Below, piece after piece: positions 22,301-30,462 of a stretch of 64,000 bases of DNA (within the stretch, counting starts at the first letter, position 1; each line of letters begins with the position of its first letter). A program made the translations under genes and the position numbers. The notes below the pieces were generated by a model. That model did not search any database. It was not told the origin of the DNA and was given only the letters and a program-made list of their open reading frames with translations. The DNA is from Escherichia phage Bp4, in sequence record NC_024142.2; one strand, written 5' to 3'.

Positions 22301-25300
22301 CAAGTATTGGCTACCAACTTAGATGACCGTATGCGTGTGCCAATGAGCATCTATGCTCCTTCACAGGCAGGTGTAGCAGGTATTCCATTTATGACCATCG
22401 GTACAGGTGATGGCATGATGATGCAGACCCTTTCTACTATGAAAGGTGCTCCGAAGAATACCCTGAAAATCTTTGATGGTATGAACATTGGTATTAATGA
22501 CATTACTGATGCAAGCCGTAAAGCTAATGAGGCTGTATATACTTCCTGGCAGGGTAACCCTATCAAGAATGTTTATGACTCCTTTGCTAAGTTCATGAAG
22601 AACGTAGACTTCAGCAAACTGTCTGATGAAACCAAACAAGCTATCGCTAAATCTGCACTGGAATACGACCAACGTGAGGGTGCTACTGATGACCTGTTAC
22701 GTGTTGGTGCTGAACAGATTGAACGTAATCTGCGTAACATTGCTCTGGGTGTGGATATTCGTCATAAGGTAATGGACCAGGTACAGGTCACTGTTGACCA
22801 GATGGCTGCTGTTGGTGCTCCTTATGTGAACAACGGTAAAATCTCTCTGGAAGGTCTGACTGTAGACCAGCAAGTAGCTAAGCTGAACGAACTGTTTGAT
22901 GCTGAATTAAACAAGCGTCGTGATGCAGTACGTGCTGCTAAAGCAGAACCAGTGAAAGAAGTGCCAGCAATGGAACAGGTCGGTCGTGTACTGAAGTCTG
23001 GTGTACGTCTGCTGTCTAATGCTGCCATTACTAAACTGGCTAAAGAGATGTCCCCTGAACAACAAGCAGTACTGAAAGAAATACAGAAATCTCTTGCTGC
23101 TAAAGACTATAAGGTTGTTTATGGTACGCCTTCTCAACTGGATGCCTATGCTATTGAGAAGAACATTACTCGTCCAGCACCGGAAGATATTGAAGCTGCT
23201 GAAGCAGGTAATGCATATGGCTGGACTAACTTTGAAGATAAAACCATCTACTTAGTTACCCCTTCCTTAGAGACTCTGGTTCATGAATTGGTACATGCCT
23301 CTACTTTTGAATCTGTACTAGCTCACTACGAGGGTACTCCTAACGAAGCAGTCCAGAATATTGAAGACCTGATGAACCAGTTCCGTGCTCTTGATGTTAA
23401 GAATGAATCTCCGGCAGTACGTGAAGCATATGCCGATGCACTCAATACCATTAATGGCCACTTGTCCAATGGCTTTATTGAACCAGCAATGGCTAAAGCT
23501 GCTGCACTGAATGAGTACATGGCTTGGGGTTTAACTAACCGTGAACTTATAAGTAAGCAGAAGAAAACCACTGCACTTAAAACTATGGTTCAGGCTGTAT
23601 ATGAAGCAATCAAACGTCTGGTATTCGGACGTAAGAAAGCTCCTGCTAATGCAGATGATATGTTCTCTGGCTTACTGTTTAACTCTGCTGTAGTAATGCG
23701 TGGGCAGGCTCCTACTGCTGCTGTAGCCAAAGATACTACCTTGTTCCATAACAAAGCATACGGTGACAATACTCGTCTGGAAGAGCTAGGGAAAACCTTC
23801 GATAAGCTGATTACTAACTACATTGGTTCAGAACCAGTACAGCAAGTAATTCGTAAAGGTAAGTTCTCTGATGCAGTAGTAAAAGCAACTAAAGTAACTC
23901 GTGATGTTCAGGCTCATGGCTTCACCATGAATATGCAGGAACAGCGTCTCTTCACTAACATTGTTGCTGCACTAGCTACTGAGGCTGCTATTAACCCTGC
24001 TGCTATGGCTCGTGCACAGGAATACTACACGCATGTTACTAAGAACCTGACTGTTGAAGCGTTCATGGCTGACCCGGATAGTACTAACCCTGCTGACCGT
24101 TACTATGCACAGCAGAAGTTCGATACCATCATGGGTGCTAATAACATTGAGTTTGATGCACAGGGTCGTTCTTCCTTACTACCTACCTTTGTTGGTCTGG
24201 TAATGGTAAGTGAAGAAGTACGTAAGGTGCTGGCTGATATTTCTGTTATGAAAGCAGATAAAAAATCTGGCAATACTGTTGATGCAATGCTGACTAACAT
24301 CGGTACTGCTGCAATGGCTAGTCTGAATGCTCGTGTAGCAGGTGATACTAAAGCCACTAACGTACAGGAAGGTATGGATGCACTGGCTCAGACAATCATG
24401 CAGACCAGTCTTAACGCAGAATCCTTCTATGATTCCGTTGCTACTCCTACCGGTAATGCTATCGACCGTGCTAACCAGTATTTGGTGGACTCTATTGATG
24501 CATTGTCTACCCGTGCTTTAGAAGGTGCTCGTGAAGTTGCAGCTAATACCAAGAATCCATTGGTCAAAGGTGCTGCTCATGCTGCACAACTGGTAGCTGC
24601 TATTGCTACAGAGAAGAATGGTGCAATCGTAGCCGAAGGTGTTATGGCTGCAATGAACCAGGGTAAAGTATGGCAACCTTTCCATGACCTGGTTAATGAC
24701 ATAATTGGACGTACTAAGAGCAATGCTTCTGTATATGATTTGATTAAAGCAGTACGAGCACAAGTGCAGGCTGACCGTCAACAGTTCCGTGAACACTTGC
24801 CTACCACTATCGCATCCAAGTTCAGCCGTAAACTGACTAATGATGAGTGGAAAGCAATGCATACCGGTATGGGTAAAACTGACTTAGCTGTTCTGCGTGA
24901 CACTATGTCTTTGGATGAAATCCGTGACCTGCTGACTGACCAGAAGAATGTTGACCGTGAGGTTAATAAACTGGAAGCAGATTTGCAGAAACAAGCAGGA
25001 CGTAACTGGCCCCTGATTAACCGTAAATCTAAGCAACTGGCTCAGTATATGATTAACGGTACAGTCGGTAATAACCTGCTGCGTAATGCTACTGCAATTT
25101 CTCGTTTACTGGGTGAACGTAAGACTACACGTTCTGTTGTAGATGTAGCTCAGCTGGATAAACTGATTACCCTGTATGCACTGGAAGCAATGAGTAAGAC
25201 TGACCGTGAGGTGTTATCTTCACTGGCTCAGACAGAAGTTGAAGGCATGGACTTTGCTACTTCTTACCTGGTTGGTCAGCGTAAAGACGAAATGGCTAAA

Positions 25301-27085
25301 GCCAAGTCTGATAGCCGTGCAACCTTGAACCAGTACAAAGGATACATCCCAACTGAGAACAAACAGGGTGTTAACCTGATTGTTGCTGAAGATAATCAGT
25401 TTGCTGATTTGATTGAGAAATCCTATGTACGTCTTGGTACTTATCAGGGTAGCTCTGCTAACCGGGGTCCAGCACGTAGTTACTACTTTGCACCGGTACA
25501 GGCACAGGCTCCGTTCTCACAAGGTATCCTACAGAACGTTCGAAATACTGCTGGTGGTGTAGACCTTGGTACAGGCTTTACGATGGGAACCATGGTAGCT
25601 GGTCGTATTACTGACAAGCCTTCCGTAGACCGTATCACTAAAGCACTGGCTCGTGGTGAACGTGGCAATGAACCACTGCTGCCTGTATATGATGCTAATG
25701 GTAATGTAGTTGCTTATGAGCAATCTATTGACCCTAACATGCTGAAGCACATTGAGGGTGAGAATCATCTTGCTCGTGCAATCGGTGTATGGCGTGGTCG
25801 TCAGGTGGAAGAAGCTAAGGCTCAGCGTTTCAACGATATGCTAATTGAGAACCTGCATAGCATGTATGAGAACGACATTAAGATGTCTGCTTCTAATAAG
25901 TCCCAGTACGTTAACCTTCTTGGTTCTAAACTGGACCCAGTAACTGCCGATGCCCTTAAGCTGATGAACAGTGAAACTCGTCAGAAAGCAGAAAGTCTCT
26001 TTGGTCCAGGTGAATTGTGGGTGCGTCGTGACATGCTTAATGATGCTCTGGGTTATCGTGCAGCTTCTGTAGGAGATGCCTGGTCTGGTAATTCTCGTTG
26101 GTCACCAGAAACACTGGATACCTTCAAGAAAGCTATGTTGGGTGTATTCGGCAACCGTGCCTATAAGTATGTAATGGGTGGTGAGAACCTGGTTCAGAAC
26201 TTAGTTAAAGAAGCTAAGACCCTGATTGTAGTTAAGTCAGTAGTTGTACCTGCTGTTAACTTCCTGGCTAACCTTTACCAGATGGTTGCTCGTGGTGTAC
26301 CTGTTAAGAACATTGCTAAGAGCATCCCACAAAAAACTGCTGAGATTAACCAGTATCTGAAATCTCGTCTGCGTCAGGTAGATGCAGAAGCAGAATTACG
26401 TGCAGCTACTAACCCGAACCAGATTCGTAAACTCAAGGCTGAGATTCAGTCCATCTCTGATAGCCATAAACGTTTGAGTATCTGGCCTCTGTTGGAAGCT
26501 GGTGAGTTCTCTTCAATTGCAGATGCTGGTATTGGCCGTGATGACATCCTGATTACTGAAGGTAAACTCCACGAATACATGGAAAAGCTGGCTGATAAGC
26601 TGCCTAAGTCTGTTCGTAACGCAGGTCGCTATGCACTTATCACTAAGGATACTGCTCTCTTCCAGGGTATTCAGAAGACGGTTGAGTACTCTGACTTTAT
26701 TGCTAAAGCAATCATCTATGATGAACTGACTCAGCGTAAAGGTAAGACTCGTGAAGAAGCACTGGGGCGTGTAACGGAAGAGTTCATTAACTATGACCGT
26801 CTGCCTGGTCGATTCCGTGGGTATATGGAAAGTGTTGGTTTGATGTGGTTCTACAACTTTAAGATTCGTTCTGCAAAAGTTGCAGTGTCCATGATTCGTA
26901 ATAACCCAGTACATGCTGCTATGGCTATGTTGGCTCCAACCCCTACCATGTTTGGTAACGTTGGTCTTCCTATTCAGGACAACATCTTTAGTATTGCTGC
27001 ACAAGGCAATCTTGGTTACTCCTTTGGTTTCGGTCAAGGCTTACGTGCCCACAACCTGAACCCTTGGCTCAACCTTACTAACTAA
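16355..27085 (+). CDS. giant virion-encapsidated RNA polymerase (N4 gp50-like vRNAP)
   Basis: Single uninterrupted 3576-aa ORF (10.7 kb). This size is a hallmark of N4-like phages. Last gene of the late operon, followed by a strong terminator. Confidence 0.85.
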   Translation: MNRKHAMSTFDRLAGFADSITNAKQVDVSTATSQKQAAQGQSPFQLTPENAYNLQTGRVGNLGIGAFEPGSLQADFTQASPLEIINKYGNEQGLQILNSRANAADVVRQDLSKQRTNAEAFGDTLSGVGLGVANTLGGIAALGTGLVNDNAGASIASGLDWLNKGVHNLQSDALNARRNVVQNQNVISAQENEKLYKQDIAKGESELVASLSRIGRDAYDSVANTLSNDMAATDGLAEGVGSFFTGGPLIRGVSALGKVMVGGDKAVKGITLAAELGYRPARIAQTAGRVAAPAIAIGGMEAGGAYQQTANEIMEMPFSELAAKSPVYQQHIKDGLSPEEARRQTASETGITAAGLTAPVAALTAPLVSKFELNPLKVGSLAGAGSNMLRETVEEGIQSGTSQFAQNKAIQGNVDAERDLLKGVGEQTGLGALYGFGSAGVAQAPGATVKAAGAAVGPAVRTTLAGASLAGKALAKVASPITNILVQRGEEVAKRNEQASPVSDATVNAAAQEATAQAEQAQATVQEAVDAMDISPEEKAAATQYAADLTQAMKFDPVELEQTNPAIREAVSGSTNRVEAIQKMADLVNTAEDPNVQMEAAIQMYDNIMSMDSFINRDPGALANLEQGSPAAAIVDQFSGLMANVQNTPKVLRAFRAIHSMIQEQAEAGKLKATEEANQAQANNIAMAADVSPEVLDADSVNMVLKHASEGKITLGNRQRAALQSAAALLQGAREFDAKAEELGLRPQDIVSKQIKTDESRSNEGQYSALQHAKRIRSAYNSGNFDLASAYLSDFMKFAQHMQNKVGALNEHLISGNADKNKSVHYQALSPSREWVRSRTGLGVNPYDTKSVKFAQQVALEAKTVADIANALATAYPELNVSHVKVTSLDSRLNKPAAQVVKEFRQGGLDATQSQQTNEPVNQVDETPALVQEDTTTVQPKDKLVVENKTAPTKETSPKAEEVSTTESERDAYVKENTISQEILNKNGDRRESPWLFADGTVVGSNGDHISLSDVFGHDGYRDMSLDTGAIRSTFYKGSEQPFVSLQLFDNQKLTAEQFNTVQSFVEANNALIQVGVDTSGRNTNNVEKEEVSLAQLKADYTVGGKPLSEMETVFPVYNNDKTPNQFIKSFSLPEEPKSRTIGSESPLTDVKKALSSAARFEAFTQKENNALTSDVIKRYQDLFEFGETLKTTLSDRLAKFLANKNVGKRFAEGTEANRWVGGKLLNIVEKDGDTFKFNDQLLETAVLAGLQWRLTATQNAAVKDMKDVAAITGVEASLLPEGILADFENAQTLVEATNSLAQKIESYWGLNRNPNAPLGYTKGIPMAMATEILSSLIEMGEVKESMLDVSEIDPESNKTVGLYTIEKLDDNDAINKFPTAIEETVLLEPVEKLYLGDDIPSVAQTQLRNPAVKNTPEQKAALKAEQATEFRVHMPMVNFYEALGRDNILELMGAGALNPELLNVNTAKSLEGKNLSVSMAYDSLFGVINQIKEQENGLDTPIHYGYNMTRVGRMQMLGKNNPQSSKLVREAILPTFSTIDLSNENSQTFSDFQLGLAQALGIKVHKMSREVMSDELTKALEGKLKPAVDMMVEFDKSGHLPADAVDILKTSLGNDKSFVALMALMEYARYLNSDDRANFNTPLYVEADGVTNGPINAMVLMTGGKFTSDWIKNTAKGGLFFGKAGKTMNEHHSHEDSVDLYEASTNSLQQALNELRNNYRNNVPVTNQMKHLQKLMDLFIKDFNLNEDGTLDLKRGIAKNPLTITIYGSGARGIAGKMVSAITDTIYERFSDVLQARAADPSISPAMAMFGKEAASEADAQAMLDTFLTSMEALTGNVPVMRKGELSIQQVDGALTGKLDPQKFTVSGNALKNLQENMLHLFVEPMRTGIRNTVGEGLMYSTENLQKATQIQSLVLQDMFQQRVQEKLAEKEKDPTWKKGDFLTQKELNEIQASLSPLAPMIETGSQTFYIAGSENTDVANQVLATNLDDRMRVPMSIYAPSQAGVAGIPFMTIGTGDGMMMQTLSTMKGAPKNTLKIFDGMNIGINDITDASRKANEAVYTSWQGNPIKNVYDSFAKFMKNVDFSKLSDETKQAIAKSALEYDQREGATDDLLRVGAEQIERNLRNIALGVDIRHKVMDQVQVTVDQMAAVGAPYVNNGKISLEGLTVDQQVAKLNELFDAELNKRRDAVRAAKAEPVKEVPAMEQVGRVLKSGVRLLSNAAITKLAKEMSPEQQAVLKEIQKSLAAKDYKVVYGTPSQLDAYAIEKNITRPAPEDIEAAEAGNAYGWTNFEDKTIYLVTPSLETLVHELVHASTFESVLAHYEGTPNEAVQNIEDLMNQFRALDVKNESPAVREAYADALNTINGHLSNGFIEPAMAKAAALNEYMAWGLTNRELISKQKKTTALKTMVQAVYEAIKRLVFGRKKAPANADDMFSGLLFNSAVVMRGQAPTAAVAKDTTLFHNKAYGDNTRLEELGKTFDKLITNYIGSEPVQQVIRKGKFSDAVVKATKVTRDVQAHGFTMNMQEQRLFTNIVAALATEAAINPAAMARAQEYYTHVTKNLTVEAFMADPDSTNPADRYYAQQKFDTIMGANNIEFDAQGRSSLLPTFVGLVMVSEEVRKVLADISVMKADKKSGNTVDAMLTNIGTAAMASLNARVAGDTKATNVQEGMDALAQTIMQTSLNAESFYDSVATPTGNAIDRANQYLVDSIDALSTRALEGAREVAANTKNPLVKGAAHAAQLVAAIATEKNGAIVAEGVMAAMNQGKVWQPFHDLVNDIIGRTKSNASVYDLIKAVRAQVQADRQQFREHLPTTIASKFSRKLTNDEWKAMHTGMGKTDLAVLRDTMSLDEIRDLLTDQKNVDREVNKLEADLQKQAGRNWPLINRKSKQLAQYMINGTVGNNLLRNATAISRLLGERKTTRSVVDVAQLDKLITLYALEAMSKTDREVLSSLAQTEVEGMDFATSYLVGQRKDEMAKAKSDSRATLNQYKGYIPTENKQGVNLIVAEDNQFADLIEKSYVRLGTYQGSSANRGPARSYYFAPVQAQAPFSQGILQNVRNTAGGVDLGTGFTMGTMVAGRITDKPSVDRITKALARGERGNEPLLPVYDANGNVVAYEQSIDPNMLKHIEGENHLARAIGVWRGRQVEEAKAQRFNDMLIENLHSMYENDIKMSASNKSQYVNLLGSKLDPVTADALKLMNSETRQKAESLFGPGELWVRRDMLNDALGYRAASVGDAWSGNSRWSPETLDTFKKAMLGVFGNRAYKYVMGGENLVQNLVKEAKTLIVVKSVVVPAVNFLANLYQMVARGVPVKNIAKSIPQKTAEINQYLKSRLRQVDAEAELRAATNPNQIRKLKAEIQSISDSHKRLSIWPLLEAGEFSSIADAGIGRDDILITEGKLHEYMEKLADKLPKSVRNAGRYALITKDTALFQGIQKTVEYSDFIAKAIIYDELTQRKGKTREEALGRVTEEFINYDRLPGRFRGYMESVGLMWFYNFKIRSAKVAVSMIRNNPVHAAMAMLAPTPTMFGNVGLPIQDNIFSIAAQGNLGYSFGFGQGLRAHNLNPWLNLTN

Positions 27086-27092
27086 ATGAAAA

Positions 27093-27120
27093 AGCCCCTC
27101 TAATGAGGGGCTTTTATTTT
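27093..27120. terminator. bidirectional intrinsic terminator after vRNAP
   Basis: Hairpin AGCCCCTC-TAAT-GAGGGGCT followed by TTTTATTTT; lies between convergent genes. Confidence 0.6.
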
Positions 27121-27638
27121 TACTGAGCTAACACCCAATCTTCTGCTAATACATCTGATTGAGATGGAACCCATGGCATAAACTGGTTATCAACGGTTTT
27201 AATACCCAGCCAATCCCGTTTCTCACAAACGGTATTTTCATGTTTATCCATGGCCCAATTTTCACCAGATACTAAGGTGATATACATTCCTTTTCCGTTC
27301 CAACCTTTACGGGTCATTCTAAAGCCTGATTTGAGAATCTCTACTGCATGACCAAAGGTACAACCTTTTTCTACGTCACGGTATGCAGCTTCGAATGTAG
27401 CTTTAGGTGACCAGCTAATATAGCCACGGAATTGGGGATGGTTGGACTTAGAGTCTGGATACTCGACTAAGTAGCCTTCTTCTAGCGGGTCTTCATCTGC
27501 TGGTACATCCCAACCACGAAGTTTGCAGTATGTTTCTTTGCTCATCGGGAAACCATTTACACACTTGGTTCCAATGTAGTTGGTGAAATGGACTTTAATT
27601 TCTTCTGACATAACTACCTCAAATGAGAAAGCCCTCAC
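27120..27638 (-). CDS. hypothetical protein with DUF2829-like motifs (candidate Tad2-like anti-defence protein)
   Basis: 172-aa ORF. Motifs RKGWNGKGMYITL and C-terminal WVPSQSDVLAEDWVL resemble DUF2829 as recalled; unverified. Confidence 0.45.
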   Translation of the reverse strand: MRAFSFEVVMSEEIKVHFTNYIGTKCVNGFPMSKETYCKLRGWDVPADEDPLEEGYLVEYPDSKSNHPQFRGYISWSPKATFEAAYRDVEKGCTFGHAVEILKSGFRMTRKGWNGKGMYITLVSGENWAMDKHENTVCEKRDWLGIKTVDNQFMPWVPSQSDVLAEDWVLAQ

Positions 27639-27660
27639 TAGGAGGGCTTGTTTTGTTTTG
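27630..27660. terminator. hairpin terminator between minus-strand genes
   Basis: GCCCTC-ACTAG-GAGGGC followed by TTGTTTTGTTTT on plus strand. Confidence 0.45.
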
Positions 27661-27729
27661 GCTTCATGAGCTTACTACTTTGTCGGGTAGTTCAGTACCT
27701 TTCGGTAAAAACTACCATACACCTTTGAA

Positions 27730-28122
27730 TCAAATTGTACAACCACCACCATCACAGGTATTGTTTTCTGCAAAGGAAGCCAAAGCTTTAGCAGTCTCTT
27801 CCTTCTCATGCAGTGCCTGACGTAGTAGGTAGCCCTCTAATTCCCAAATCTTATTGAATGCATTTTCATATGCATACTGGCGACCTAACTGCTCATCATA
27901 GATAGTTGGGTCTACGCAAGCAGATACACCTTCAACTTTAAAATTGTTTTCCAGAATGATAACACAATAGGTTACCAGACCCAGGTTAGCCAAATCATCT
28001 GCCGGGAGTGCAGAAGGATCAACGAATGCAGATTTCACTGCATCAGCACCATTAAAATAGTAAACGCTCTTAATCTTAGCTTCGATTGCTTCTTTACTTA
28101 CTGTTGCCATTATTAGCCTCAT
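27730..28122 (-). CDS. hypothetical protein
   Basis: 130-aa ORF; likely start ATG at 28110 preceded by GAGG. Confidence 0.45.
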   Translation of the reverse strand: MRLIMATVSKEAIEAKIKSVYYFNGADAVKSAFVDPSALPADDLANLGLVTYCVIILENNFKVEGVSACVDPTIYDEQLGRQYAYENAFNKIWELEGYLLRQALHEKEETAKALASFAENNTCDGGGCTI

Positions 28123-28170
28123 AGAGTGGTTTGAATTTGTACTTAAGCATGATTGCGTTCATCAATACTC

Positions 28171-28198
28171 AAATAAAAAAGTCCCTCCGAAGAGGGAC
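28171..28198 (-). terminator. intrinsic terminator downstream of tRNA region (minus-strand sense)
   Basis: Hairpin GTCCCTC-CGAA-GAGGGAC followed on the minus strand by TTTTTTATTT. Confidence 0.55.
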
Positions 28199-28426
28199 TT
28201 AGTAGCTTTAACGCAGCTAACGAGGCTAGGCCAGTTAACTATTACCACCGGTGCTTGTACCAGCAAACAGGATTGATAGTCCGATAATAGTTAACTGTAA
28301 TTGAGCATTATAGTCTGCTCATACTCACACCGTTAGGTATGTTTTCAATAATTAGAGTGCCGGACTGTCTCACCGGCATTGTCTTTAGAGTGCAATGCAA
28401 TCAGGACTATGTTCTCTATTAATAAG

Positions 28427-28500
28427 TACCCACTACTGGATTTGAACCAGTGACCTTCCGATTATTAGTCGGTTGCTTTCCCCGTCTAAGCTAAGTGGGC
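28427..28500 (-). tRNA. tRNA with apparent anticodon AAU (Ile-like), 74 nt, CCA not encoded
   Basis: Hand-folded cloverleaf on minus strand: acceptor GCCCACU/AGUGGGU, D-stem GCUU/AAGC, anticodon stem ACCGA/UCGGA with loop CUAAUAA, T-stem ACUGG/CCAGU with loop UUCAAAU. Confidence 0.55.
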
Positions 28501-28945
28501 ATAAATGAGTGAGTCATGCCAGACTTTAACTGGCTCCTTCTTCGCAATCCTTACATACCCCTACATAATTATTGCGTTAAGCTTATATTGTTTAAGTTTA
28601 AGTGAAGGCGTTCTTGCTGACTCATAATAGGGTGGGCGTTTGACGAATGACTAGTTCGTTACTACCCGTTTGCCATAAGTACCTGGCGACTTTGGTTTGA
28701 GGCGGGAGTCCGAGTCCTGTACAGCCTTACCGTTCACACATTGGCAGCGTATCTAGAATAGCACTTCCGGCAACTGGATTTAACTGTTACACCCCAAATC
28801 TGGTAGGGGCGTCCAGAAGTCTCATCTGGTACTTACGCCGTCGTATGGTTACGACTTACCCCCATAATCTTTCTAATTCAAAGTAGCACTGCTCCATGTT
28901 TGGCCTTTGAACTCCGGGATGGATTAGTGCAATGCTACTTTGAAT

Positions 28946-29137
28946 TGGTTACCAGTGAGGGATTCGAACCCCCGGTTGGAGTCTATAGCTTACCGCAGCA
29001 GCTCTCCAATCTAGCGGTGTCACACTTAGTCCAAACTTGAACATATCAAGCTATCTCGTGCAACTGATAATTGGTTCCGGCGTCTGGACTCGAACCAGAA
29101 CACTTATGCCGTGCACGACACTAGTACCTACACCGGA
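28946..29137 (-). other. tandem tRNA-like elements that do not fold into a canonical cloverleaf by hand
   Basis: Minus-strand T-arms GGGGG-UUCGAAU-CCCUC and UCUGG-UUCGAGU-CCAGA, each followed by acceptor 3' strand, discriminator A and encoded CCA; matching 5' acceptor strands lie at non-canonical distances (about 124 and 66 nt). Confidence 0.3.
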
Positions 29138-29204
29138 ATTAATTGCCAGGGATTCCACCTGGTCCATCTGTTTTTATAGTCACTCAGATATCGTCTGGAC
29201 TGTA

Positions 29205-29282
29205 GGCATGGGTGGGAATCGAACCCACAAACCATTCAGCACTGTAGCCTCACGCTCTACCTATTTGAGCTATCACACACCA
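29205..29282 (-). other. tRNA-like element (good T-arm and D-arm, imperfect acceptor and anticodon stems)
   Basis: Minus strand: D-arm GCUC-AAAUAGGUA-GAGC and T-arm GUGGG-UUCGAUU-CCCAC; acceptor pairs 6 of 7; anticodon stem pairs poorly. Confidence 0.3.
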
Positions 29283-29572
29283 TTGATTAACTCCCCGTTT
29301 CTAATACACGGACGAGGACACTCCATGGTCGTTTGATAATCAGGACGACTCACTCCCGACTGACGCTTGGCTTATTAGGCTGCCATCAGAACAACATCAT
29401 CGTTTGCATTTATGTTATTGGTTCGTTTCTAAAAAACCGCATAATCGCTTACGAAAACTATCAAAGAGTACACTAAGCACAGGTAGCTACCCTGCCGTCT
29501 TCTCCACCTACACCGGCTACAGTGTAAACCTCCGCACGTTAGCTTAATGTACTCATTGATAGGATGTCAGTA

Positions 29573-29642
29573 GGTCGGGGGCTGGATTCGAACCAGCGAG
29601 AGAAGTAGCGACCATCTGCACATGCCTACGTGCTACCTCGAC
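29573..29642 (-). other. tRNA-like element (about 70 nt, short anticodon region)
   Basis: Minus strand: acceptor GUCGAGG/CCCCGAC (6 of 7), D-arm GCAC-GUAGGCAU-GUGC, T-arm GCUGG-UUCGAAU-CCAGC; anticodon/variable region 2-3 nt shorter than canonical. Confidence 0.3.
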
Positions 29643-30027
29643 CATTATAATAGGAGGGAGGGGACGAGTCCTCCCTTTATACCCTATATTGCATGTAAGA
29701 CCTAACAATTCGATGCTGTAGGTAGCTATGCTATCCGACATTTAACCCAGCCATATAGGGCTTATGTGATTAAAATGCTCAACATTGAGCGGTTAGTTTG
29801 ATAAGGGATCTGAAGCCTTATCCCAAAGATACTAACCTTTGGGATATAGCCTATCATTCAGAAATGGCCCCTATAGGGAGAGGCCATTGATTAACCCGAA
29901 TGTTGCTTTACATTTTCTGTGATAACCCATTCTTAAAATAGTTTACCTGACGGATGGGGGCCACCCCTAGCGTCAGTGCCATACGGCAAAGATTAAGTTA
30001 AGAAAGGTTATGATAGGAGTTCCTATC

Positions 30028-30228
30028 TCAAAGGATTCTAACAGAACCCTTCACGATATTAACTACTCTTTTTAATGCTTCTACTTCACCCTCTCTATAC
30101 CAAGCATATGGTACTAAGATTTTGCAGCCTTCTGATTCAATGTGAAATGCTTTCTTTCCTTCAACGGGTTCTCCACCCATGAAAGAACTAACCTTTCCAT
30201 TGAGCCAGTGAATAGTAAATTTGTTCAT
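30028..30228 (-). CDS. hypothetical small protein
   Basis: 66-aa ORF at the 5' side of the minus-strand replication block. Confidence 0.35.
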   Translation of the reverse strand: MNKFTIHWLNGKVSSFMGGEPVEGKKAFHIESEGCKILVPYAWYREGEVEALKRVVNIVKGSVRIL

Positions 30229-30462
30229 ATTAGTCTCAGTTGAACCAATGGACTTCGGAGAGTATTAAAGTCCACTGGTTCGGTTGTTGTTGTTACTCTG
30301 GCGGCTTGTCACCACCGTGTTTACCACTGCATTTCCACAGGATAATGACAGTGATGATAAAAGCTATGTATGGAGCCGACACGTCTATAATCCTGACCAG
30401 TAGTAGCATTAGGACTATAAACACTACCACACCTAGCAGCAGCTTCTGAGCCACCTACCAGA

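Noticed and set aside
16623-27037. Many short ORFs on both strands inside the vRNAP gene (for example 17185..17517, 22361..22672, 26513..27037)
   Set aside because: All lie within the single long vRNAP frame and show composition typical of out-of-frame or antisense translation.
29037-29336. 99-aa plus-strand ORF inside the tRNA-like region
   Set aside because: Sequence is low-complexity and non-protein-like and overlaps clear T-arm motifs on the opposite strand; most likely a chance ORF in structured RNA sequence.
28430-29650. Reading the GGATTCGAACC-type motifs as plus-strand tRNAs
   Set aside because: On the plus strand these are reverse complements of T-loops; only the minus strand gives TTCGAAT/TTCAAAT loops with paired T-stems.
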